Assembly (NCBI GenBank): GCA_029838215.1
Contig: JALGVI010000001.1
Location: forward strand, 1 to 64,000
Reading direction: 5' to 3'
DNA: 64,000 bases
DNA from: Candidatus Helarchaeota archaeon
Lineage (GTDB): Archaea; Asgardarchaeota; Lokiarchaeia; Helarchaeales; RDOG01
Shown: in pieces, positions 56,951 to 64,000 of the stretch
How positions within the stretch are numbered: the stretch's first letter is position 1
Layout: every line of letters begins with the position of its first letter
Position numbers and translations under genes: made by a program
The notes under the pieces: generated by a model
What the model saw: only the letters and a program-made list of their open reading frames with translations
Told to the model about the DNA's origin: nothing
Databases searched by the model: none

Positions 56951-57553
56951 ATGGACGAGGTTGATGACAACATAGTAATGGTGCCTCCCGAACGAGAAAA
57001 GGAAATCTTGGAAGACTGGGAAAAACATCCAAAAAGAATACCTAAAATAGCAAAGATAGCTGTTAATGTAGGTGTCGGTACAAGTGGTGTCAGGCTTGAA
57101 CGAGCAATGGCAATTTTAGAATCGCTTACAGGTCAAAAACCCGTTAAAAGAACCGCAAGACAAACAATTCGAGGTTTCGGTATAAGGCGGTATGAACCCA
57201 TTACTACAATGGTAACTCTTCGAGGCGAAAAGGCAGATGTCTTTTTGAGAAAAGTTTTGGAAATTGTAGATAACAGCATTCTCTACTCTTCCTTTGACCA
57301 ATTTGGTAACTTTTCTTTCGGAATCAAGGAACATATAGAAATTCCAGGAACGGTTTACGACCCAAACTTGGGAATTATAGGCATGGATGTTACCGTTGCC
57401 TTTGAAAGACAGGGTTATCGAATCAGACGTCGGGCATACAGAAGAAAGAAACTCCCTTCACGTCAGAAGTTGAATAAGGAAGAAACCATGTTATTCATGC
57501 AAAAAAATTATGGACTTTCATTCATAAAAGAACGCATTATCACTTACTATTAA
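56951..57553 (+). CDS. rpl5: 50S ribosomal protein uL5
   Basis: VNVGVG.SG.RL.RA, FD.FGNFSFGI.EHI.IPG..YDP.LGI.GMD. Confidence 0.97.
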   Translation: MDEVDDNIVMVPPEREKEILEDWEKHPKRIPKIAKIAVNVGVGTSGVRLERAMAILESLTGQKPVKRTARQTIRGFGIRRYEPITTMVTLRGEKADVFLRKVLEIVDNSILYSSFDQFGNFSFGIKEHIEIPGTVYDPNLGIIGMDVTVAFERQGYRIRRRAYRRKKLPSRQKLNKEETMLFMQKNYGLSFIKERIITYY

Positions 57554-57571
57554 TCAGGATGGACATGAAAA

Positions 57572-57718
57572 ATGGCAGGAAAGAAATATGGGAAAGGAAG
57601 CAGACAATGCACGATATGTGGGACTAGAAGAGCAATCATCCGCTCCTATGGTCTAATGATATGTCGGAGATGCTTTCGAGAACGAGCCTCAAAACTCGGC
57701 TTTAAAAAATATTCATGA
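57572..57718 (+). CDS. rps14: 30S ribosomal protein uS14 (Zn-binding, 48 aa; missed by the ORF track)
   Basis: Manual translation [48 protein letters not shown]. Confidence 0.97.
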   Translation: MAGKKYGKGSRQCTICGTRRAIIRSYGLMICRRCFRERASKLGFKKYS

Positions 57719-57735
57719 ATATGGAGAAGAAGATC

Positions 57736-58128
57736 ATGGTGTTATTAGATCCCCTCGCCAATGCATTATCAAACATTCAGAATAATGAAATTGTTGGAAA
57801 ACAAGATGTTATTATCTCTCCAGCTTCGAAAATCATTGCAGCTACATTGAAAATAATGCAGCGCTTTGGCTATATTGGAGAATTTGAATATATAGATGAT
57901 GGACGTGCCGGCAAGTTTCAAGTACAATTGCTGGGTCGCATCAACAAGGTAAATGTCATAAAGCCCCGGTATTCATTGAAAAAAGATGAATTTGAGAAAT
58001 GGGAAAGTCGTTTCTTACCAGCCAAGGATTTTGGTTTACTAATATTGACGACTTCAAAAGGCATTATTTCTCATACTGAAGCTAAAGAAATGGGTATCGG
58101 TGGACGATTACTGGCTTACGTGTATTAG
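57736..58128 (+). CDS. rps8: 30S ribosomal protein uS8
   Basis: [23 protein letters not shown]...G.LI.TT.KG, GG.L..YVY. Confidence 0.97.
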   Translation: MVLLDPLANALSNIQNNEIVGKQDVIISPASKIIAATLKIMQRFGYIGEFEYIDDGRAGKFQVQLLGRINKVNVIKPRYSLKKDEFEKWESRFLPAKDFGLLILTTSKGIISHTEAKEMGIGGRLLAYVY

Positions 58129-58139
58129 AGGTTATAAAA

Positions 58140-58718
58140 ATGGGCAGACCCGAAATGATCCAAGAAGAAATTCCCATTCCAGAAAAGATCACGGTTGCAT
58201 TAGACGGCAAAATCATTTCCATAGAAGGTTCTAGCGGCAAAATCGTTAAAGATTTTTCTCATGCTAAGAATGTTGACATGGAAGTTAAGGATGATAAGAT
58301 AATTCTTATAACTTATTATCCAAAAAAGAAGGACGTTGCACTCATTGGAACCCTCAAATCCTTAATTAAGAACACGTTTTTAGGGCTGCTTGAAGGACCT
58401 TATATCGTTAAATTGAAGATTGTCTATTCTCATTTCCCGATCAACGTCTCCGTAAAGGGACCTGAAATCCTTATCGAGAATTTTTTGGGCGAGCGAGCTC
58501 CACGACGTGTTGTTAATAAATACAAGGATGTTGCAGTTCGGGTCGAAAAAGATGATGTTATTGTTAAAGGAGTAGATAAGGAGAGAGTAGGACAAGTGGC
58601 TGCAGATATCAGAAGAGCTACAAAAATCAAGAATAAAGATCCCCGAACATTTCAAGATGGAATTTATCCTTATCAAAAATTATTAGCAGAAAAAGAGATC
58701 TGGTCTCTCAAATTTTAA
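58140..58718 (+). CDS. rpl6: 50S ribosomal protein uL6
   Basis: YSHFPI, ENFLGER.PR, VGQ.AA.I, KD.R.FQDGIY. Confidence 0.97.
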   Translation: MGRPEMIQEEIPIPEKITVALDGKIISIEGSSGKIVKDFSHAKNVDMEVKDDKIILITYYPKKKDVALIGTLKSLIKNTFLGLLEGPYIVKLKIVYSHFPINVSVKGPEILIENFLGERAPRRVVNKYKDVAVRVEKDDVIVKGVDKERVGQVAADIRRATKIKNKDPRTFQDGIYPYQKLLAEKEIWSLKF

Positions 58719-58731
58719 AGGGCTGTAAAAA

Positions 58732-59181
58732 ATGGCTGAAAAAGAAAGGCTTCTCAAGTTACGAAAAAAAATGACGGCAAAACGCCCAAAATTCGTTCGA
58801 TGTGAAAGTTGGCGATATACTAGAGTAAAGTCAACTTGGAAACGCCCTATCGGGATTGATAGTCGAATGAGGCGAAAAGAAAAAGGCGTGGCAAGAACAG
58901 TAAATGTAGGATATAGAGGTCCTAAGAAGGTCCGCGGGTTGCATCCTACTGGCTTGGAAGAAGTGCTAATTCATAATTTAAAAGAATTAGAGGGACTACA
59001 CCGCAAGAAGCACATCGTCAAGATTGCGAGAACCGTAGGTGGAGCAAAAGCTTCAAAAATCATTGAGAAAGCCGACCACATGGGAATTCTAATTGCAAAT
59101 CCAGGAAAATACAAAATGATAGAAGAAGAACTCTTGATTACCCCAGAGATGCGAGAACTAGAAGAACTCACGGAGGAATAA
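58732..59181 (+). CDS. rpl32e: 50S ribosomal protein eL32
   Basis: KRPKF.R.ESWRY, W.RP.GIDS, GY..P..VRGLHP.G. Confidence 0.97.
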   Translation: MAEKERLLKLRKKMTAKRPKFVRCESWRYTRVKSTWKRPIGIDSRMRRKEKGVARTVNVGYRGPKKVRGLHPTGLEEVLIHNLKELEGLHRKKHIVKIARTVGGAKASKIIEKADHMGILIANPGKYKMIEEELLITPEMRELEELTEE

Positions 59182-59183
59182 AA

Positions 59184-59636
59184 ATGAAAGTAAATGTCCA
59201 ACGTGCAATGGCTGCAAGAGTTTTGAAAGTAGGTGTCAATCGAGTATGGATTGACCCGGAACGGGACGAAGAGGTAGCTATGGCCATCACGCGAAACGAT
59301 ATTCGCGGTCTGATTAATGATGGAGCCATAAAAAAAAGATATAAACGTGGTGTAAGTCGAGCGAGAGCAAGAGCCGTTCATCAAAAAAAGAAGCAACAAA
59401 AAAGACGTGGTGAAGGTAGTCGTAAGGGTAAAAAAACCGCCAAGATCTCTCGAAAACAAGCTTGGATTTTAAGAATTCGTCCGATCCGAAAAGAACTCAA
59501 GCGTTTACGCGCTCGCAGATCGATCACTCCAACAGTTTATCGAAAATTATATTTATTAGCCAGCGGTGGCACATTTCGTAACGTTTCTCACCTAACAAGA
59601 TACATTACGGAAAAGAAACTCTTTAGGAGACGATAA
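59184..59636 (+). CDS. rpl19e: 50S ribosomal protein eL19
   Basis: AARVL.VG..RVWIDP, A.TR.DIR.LI, GSRKG. Confidence 0.97.
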   Translation: MKVNVQRAMAARVLKVGVNRVWIDPERDEEVAMAITRNDIRGLINDGAIKKRYKRGVSRARARAVHQKKKQQKRRGEGSRKGKKTAKISRKQAWILRIRPIRKELKRLRARRSITPTVYRKLYLLASGGTFRNVSHLTRYITEKKLFRRR

Positions 59637-59638
59637 AA

Positions 59639-60232
59639 GTGGCAAAAGGACCGAGATATCGCGTTTATTTCCGCAGAAGAAGAGCTGGAAAAACGGACTT
59701 CTATTATCGAAGAAGGCTGCTTAGTTCAAGAATACCGCGTTTCATTGTCAGGAAATCATTGAAATATATTAGCATTCAAATTGCCGAAGCAGAATTAATC
59801 GGAGACAAAATTCTAATTTCAACGCACTCCAGCGAATTAAAAAAGAAATATAATTGGCCTTATGGTGGTAAAAACATCCCTGCGGCATATTTAACGGGAT
59901 TGCTTGCGGGATATAAAGCTCAAAAGGCAAAAATCGAAAAAGCCATCTTGGACATCGGTATTTATCGTCCAATCGTGAATTCCAAGTTATTTGCAGCCCT
60001 GAAGGGAGCAGTCGATTCTGGGTTTGACATTCCACACGGTGAAAATATCTTTCCTTCGGATGATCGCATCGCCGGAAAAGATATCGAGAATTATGCAAAA
60101 ATGTTATCTGAACAAGAATCAGAAGAGAAACCAAATCAATTTTCTCTTTACTACAAGAATAAAGCAGATCCAAGAAAAATATCTGCCACTTTTGAAAAAG
60201 TTAAACAACAAATCATTAAGGATTATTCATGA
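59639..60232 (+). CDS. rpl18: 50S ribosomal protein uL18
   Basis: GPRYRV.FRRRR.GKTD, N.PAAYLTG, LD.G, KGA.D.G. Confidence 0.97.
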   Translation: MAKGPRYRVYFRRRRAGKTDFYYRRRLLSSRIPRFIVRKSLKYISIQIAEAELIGDKILISTHSSELKKKYNWPYGGKNIPAAYLTGLLAGYKAQKAKIEKAILDIGIYRPIVNSKLFAALKGAVDSGFDIPHGENIFPSDDRIAGKDIENYAKMLSEQESEEKPNQFSLYYKNKADPRKISATFEKVKQQIIKDYS

Positions 60233-60243
60233 AGGTATAACTC

Positions 60244-60891
60244 ATGGCTCAGAGAAATAGGACTTTTGAAGTCGAAGAATGGAAACCAAAGACACGTTTA
60301 GGCAAGTTAGTTAAAGACGGGTACATAACTTCAATTGAAGAGATTTTCCAGAATTGCATGACTATAAAAGAGCCTGAAATCGTTGATATTTTGATTCCAG
60401 AAGGATTACAGGAAGAAGTTCTTGATATTAATTTAGTTCAAAAACAATCTGATGCAGGACAAAAATCACAATTTAAGACAACAGTCGTTATTGGAAACGA
60501 AAACGGCTATATTGGAATTGGAGAAGCAAAAAACATGGAAATTGGTCCTGCGATTAGAGCAGCAATATCAAATGCAAAATTAAATCTCATTCCCGTCCGC
60601 AGAGGTTGTGGAAGCTGGGAATGCACCTGCGGTGGTCCACATTCTCTTCCTTTCACGGTGGAAGGAAAATCAGGAAGCGTGAGATTAAAATTATTCCCCG
60701 CTCCGAGAGGATTAGGACTCGTAGTTGCAAAGATCCCGGCAATCGTGTTAAGACTAGCCGGCATTAAAGATGTATGGTCACATTCAAAAGGTCATACAAA
60801 AGCAACCATCAATTTTGCAAAAGCAACTTACAATGCTTTGAAAAACACGTATAAAATCATGTCCAAGGAATTGGACTGGGAAGTTTCTTGA
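60244..60891 (+). CDS. rps5: 30S ribosomal protein uS5
   Basis: W.PKT.LG..V, RRGCGSWEC, GK.GSV...L.PAP.G.GL, T..NFAKA. Confidence 0.97.
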   Translation: MAQRNRTFEVEEWKPKTRLGKLVKDGYITSIEEIFQNCMTIKEPEIVDILIPEGLQEEVLDINLVQKQSDAGQKSQFKTTVVIGNENGYIGIGEAKNMEIGPAIRAAISNAKLNLIPVRRGCGSWECTCGGPHSLPFTVEGKSGSVRLKLFPAPRGLGLVVAKIPAIVLRLAGIKDVWSHSKGHTKATINFAKATYNALKNTYKIMSKELDWEVS

Positions 60892-60910
60892 AAAAAAGGT
60901 GATATAAGAA

Positions 60911-61408
60911 ATGGCAGCCCAAAAGGCGATGGATAGAACAGAAAGGTTAGCAATAATTCGAATCCGAGGTAACGTTGGTGTCCGAAGAAGCATTCGCGAT
61001 ACGTTACAAATGTTCCGCCTATTTCGAGTTAATCATGCCGTAATTATTGACAACCGCAAGAGTTACATGGGCATGCTTAAAAAAACAAAGGATTATATAA
61101 CGTGGGGCAAGATAAACCGTGAGAGTCTCATCGAATTATTGCGAAAACGAGGAAAGTTGATCGGAAACGTAGATCTTACGGATGAATACGTGCAAAAATT
61201 TACGAGGTTTAAAAGCATTGAGGAGTTTGCCGATGCTCTAATGAATTTTGAAGTTGAATTAAAAGACCTCCCCCATTTAAAACCCGTATTTCGATTACGA
61301 CCTCCAAAAAACGGATTTAAAAAGAAGAAGAAACGCCCTTACCACGATAAGGGTGAACTGGGTAATCGGGACGAAGAAATAAATGAATTATTGATGAGAA
61401 TGGTATAG
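60911..61408 (+). CDS. rpl30: 50S ribosomal protein uL30
   Basis: IRIRG, TL..FRL..VN, GML...KDY.TWG, FRL.PP..G, G.LG.R. Confidence 0.96.
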   Translation: MAAQKAMDRTERLAIIRIRGNVGVRRSIRDTLQMFRLFRVNHAVIIDNRKSYMGMLKKTKDYITWGKINRESLIELLRKRGKLIGNVDLTDEYVQKFTRFKSIEEFADALMNFEVELKDLPHLKPVFRLRPPKNGFKKKKKRPYHDKGELGNRDEEINELLMRMV

Positions 61409-61422
61409 AGGAGATAGAAAAA

Positions 61423-61830
61423 GTGGTAGTTAGAAAGAAAAAACGTATTTCGAGGTTTCGCGGCTCCCGCACTCACGGTTATGGTCGTGTTGGACAGCAT
61501 CGTAAAAAAGGACAGCAAGGAGGGAGCGGCATGACTGGTTTAAAAAAGCATAAATGGATATGGACAGTCAAGTACGGAAAAGACTACTTCGGAAAACATG
61601 GATTCGTACCAAAAACCTCAACCATAAATAAAGTCATTAATTTAGGGGAGGTATCAGAATTGGCCGCTAAACACTCATTAACCGAAATCAACGTGAAAGA
61701 CTTTGGTTACGATAAAGTCTTGGGAAAAGGTAAATTGACCCAACCCTTAATCATCAAAGCAACGTTATTTTCAAAACAAGCTCTTGCAAAAATCGAAGAA
61801 GTGGGCGGAAAAGCCATCAGTCCTGAATGA
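61423..61830 (+). CDS. rpl15: 50S ribosomal protein uL15
   Basis: RGSRTHG.G, G..G..G..KHKW, YFGK.GF, KVLGKG. Confidence 0.97.
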   Translation: MVVRKKKRISRFRGSRTHGYGRVGQHRKKGQQGGSGMTGLKKHKWIWTVKYGKDYFGKHGFVPKTSTINKVINLGEVSELAAKHSLTEINVKDFGYDKVLGKGKLTQPLIIKATLFSKQALAKIEEVGGKAISPE

Positions 61831-61847
61831 TTTCTTGGAGAACCAAA

Positions 61848-63515
61848 ATGACAAGTTTATTTCTTAAAGCTTTATCTCCACTCATACGGATCACGCCCGA
61901 GGTTAAGCCTCCAGAGCGAGAGGTAAGTTTTAAGGAAAAAGTAGCATGGACTATCGTCGTTTTAGTATTATTCTTGATCATGTCAAACACGCCATTATTT
62001 GGCATTCCAAGAAATGCAGGAACGGATTATTTCTTCTGGTGGCGTGTATTGCTCGCATCTAGTAAGGGTACCTTGATGGAGTTAGGGATTAGTCCAATCG
62101 TTACAGCAGGACTCATAATGCAGATGCTCGCCGGATCGCAAATAATAGGTGTTGATTTCAACGATCCGGAAGATCGAGTTCTCTTTACAGGTGCCCAAAA
62201 AGTGATGGCCATCATTCTAACATTAGTCCAAATAGTTGCCTACTTGATGTTCGGAGCATTTGGAACATTACAACTCGATCAAATCGTTTTTGTCTTCATT
62301 CAATTATTTGCCGCAGGAATAGTTGTCATACTACTTGATGAGCTGTTACAGAAAGGTTGGGGGCTTGGAAGTGGAGTTAGTCTTTTTATTGCCGCGGGTG
62401 TTTGTCAAACAATCATATATGGAATGTTCTCCCCGATTCCAGCCTCTGGAGATGATAACTTACCCACGGGTATCTTCATTGCTTTAATCACCATGATATT
62501 TGCTAACTTATCGGGGCAAACCAGTCATTTCATATCGGGACCAGACCCCAGCACGCCAATCGCTGTTCCTAACACGTTCGATACAATTTGGTTACAGCGT
62601 CCTTGGAACCCTACTGCTTCTCTCAATCCCTTTGAGAATTTATATTTGAACATGCAATCCGTGAATCCCAATCTTCCCACGTTCATGGGATTTTTTGCGA
62701 CGATTGGTGTTTTTATTGTCGTGATATGGCTTGAAAGCGTGCGGATCGAGATACCGCTACAATATACCAGGTACCGTGGATTTAAAGGCAAGTATCCAAT
62801 CAAATTGCTGTACGTTTCAAACATACCTGTAATTTTAGTTCAAGCGTTATATGCTAATTTGTTATTCTTCTCTCAGATCATATGGGGGATTTTTGCATCT
62901 TCCAGTTCAATTTTTAGAAATACGCCCATTGGATATATCGTCATGCTTTTCGCTAATTTCGATAGTAACATACCTTCGGCACAAGGAGGTTTCTTTCTCA
63001 ATCCCATGCCAAGTTTCATATATTTTCTCACGCCGCCGCGCGGTCTGAATTATATATTTGGCGATGTATATGGATATCAATTAGGGATGGCGTTGTTCGG
63101 ACCTGCTGCGGCTCCAATCTTTGCGATGTTGGTGGGATTATTGCGAGCTTCTCTTTACACTCTAATCCTTGTTGTTCTTTGTGTATGGTTTGCAAAGGTA
63201 TGGATTGAGGTTTCAGGAATAGCGCCACGAGATGTTGCAGGACAGATTCTCAATGCTGGGTTGATGGTGCCCGGCTTCAGGCAGAATCCGCGAATTCTCG
63301 AAAAAATCTTGGAAAGGTACATTCCAACCGTCACGGTTATTGGGGGTATCATCGTTGGTGTTGTGGCGGCATTTGCCGATTTCTTCGGTGCCCTTGGAAC
63401 AGGCATGGGTGTTTTATTGACAGTAGGCATAATATATCAATATTATCAGATCATAGCTCAAGAGCAATTTGCAGTCGAATATCCCGGATTGCGAACACTT
63501 TTAGGCATGGAATAA
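61848..63515 (+). CDS. secY: Preprotein translocase SecY/Sec61alpha with enlarged loops
   Basis: GTLMELGI.PIVTAG, DELL.KGWGLGSG.SLFIA, YPIKLLY.SNIP, IPT.T..GG, GTG..LLTV.I. Confidence 0.97.
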   Translation: MTSLFLKALSPLIRITPEVKPPEREVSFKEKVAWTIVVLVLFLIMSNTPLFGIPRNAGTDYFFWWRVLLASSKGTLMELGISPIVTAGLIMQMLAGSQIIGVDFNDPEDRVLFTGAQKVMAIILTLVQIVAYLMFGAFGTLQLDQIVFVFIQLFAAGIVVILLDELLQKGWGLGSGVSLFIAAGVCQTIIYGMFSPIPASGDDNLPTGIFIALITMIFANLSGQTSHFISGPDPSTPIAVPNTFDTIWLQRPWNPTASLNPFENLYLNMQSVNPNLPTFMGFFATIGVFIVVIWLESVRIEIPLQYTRYRGFKGKYPIKLLYVSNIPVILVQALYANLLFFSQIIWGIFASSSSIFRNTPIGYIVMLFANFDSNIPSAQGGFFLNPMPSFIYFLTPPRGLNYIFGDVYGYQLGMALFGPAAAPIFAMLVGLLRASLYTLILVVLCVWFAKVWIEVSGIAPRDVAGQILNAGLMVPGFRQNPRILEKILERYIPTVTVIGGIIVGVVAAFADFFGALGTGMGVLLTVGIIYQYYQIIAQEQFAVEYPGLRTLLGME

Positions 63516-63540
63516 GATTAAATTTGAAATTAGGTGAGTA

Positions 63541-64000
63541 ATGAAAATGGAATCAAAATACAAATGGTTAATTGGTATTGCATGTGTGATTTTATTCACG
63601 ATCATTTTCTTCATTGCAGCGAATCCTTACATCAATCCCGTAATGATACCGTTTTGGTCAAGTATCCAGTCTTTTTTTCGCTCAAACTTTCTTGCTTCGT
63701 TCTTTTCGGTGATATTATATGCTTTTTTATTGGCTTTGATAACAAACCTACTCACTCGATCGATAGTCGACGTGAAACGAATGAAACGCTATACTACAGA
63801 AATCAACAAATGGAAAGAACAAGAGAAACGAGCAAAAGCCTTACGTGAAAAAGGACTTTTCGATAAAAAATTAGAAATAAAGGTAAAAAGAAAAAAGAAA
63901 TATATAGAGAAAATTCAGAGAAGTATGGCAACGGAACGCATGAAACCAACCGTCATCACTTTCGTGCCTTTTATTATTTTGTTCTTAATTTTAAATTACT
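63541..64000 (+). CDS. DUF106 / EMC3-TMCO1 (Oxa1 superfamily) membrane insertase-like protein, partial
   Basis: Manual translation MKMESKYKWLIGIACVILFTIIFFI...ALITNLLTRSIVDVKRMKRY..EI.KW...coiled coil...MKPT.ITFVPFII..., open to the window end; position after secY is typical. Confidence 0.85.
   Translation, partial: MKMESKYKWLIGIACVILFTIIFFIAANPYINPVMIPFWSSIQSFFRSNFLASFFSVILYAFLLALITNLLTRSIVDVKRMKRYTTEINKWKEQEKRAKALREKGLFDKKLEIKVKRKKKYIEKIQRSMATERMKPTVITFVPFIILFLILNY

Noticed and set aside
63534-63848. ORF-track 104-aa protein after secY
   Set aside because: Wrong frame; the frame from ATG63541 encodes a clear DUF106-like protein that has no stop inside the window

Overview
AT-rich archaeal chromosomal segment, most plausibly from an Asgard archaeon (Lokiarchaeia/Helarchaeales-like). 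The lineage is inferred from archaeal-type r-proteins, Rpp29, SecY and DUF106, stand-alone V4R genes and fragmented r-protein gene order; it was not tested. Layout: (1) 0.4-4.7 kb: orphan uS10, a B12-radical SAM gene and the uL11-uL1-uL10(P0)-P1 operon, in which P0 lacks its conserved C-terminal tail. (2) 4.8-12.3 kb: phosphoesterase, ferritin-VIT1 fusion, a bacterial-type (probably non-discriminating) AspRS, a DUF362-like Fe-S protein, an NSUN6-like m5C methyltransferase and a GT4. (3) 12.5-22.5 kb: PadR-headed putative catabolic operon with a 4 x 11-bp operator array, two V4R genes, an unknown gene, 3-hydroxyacyl-CoA dehydrogenase, an MBL hydrolase, an ICL/PEPM-family lyase, LeuC/LeuD-type hydratase, DegT and Ldh2. 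(4) about 20-52 kb: large surface-glycosylation island (dTDP-rhamnose, a WbpBED-like trio, many GT2/GT4, flippase, signal peptidase, an unexplained Pol-beta nucleotidyltransferase plus NPP-family pair, an LRV-repeat protein, PGI/PMI). (5) 52.7-64 kb: uS19-to-uL15 r-protein operon, secY and a DUF106/EMC3-like gene running off the end. The best candidate for an undescribed system is a tandem pair of small two-TM proteins (50149-51144) that resemble eukaryotic PIG-P/DPM2, lying next to GT4 (PIG-A-family) and anchorless DPM1-like GT2 genes. No tRNA, rRNA, CRISPR or transposase was recognised. All family calls come from reading motifs by eye, with no database searches.
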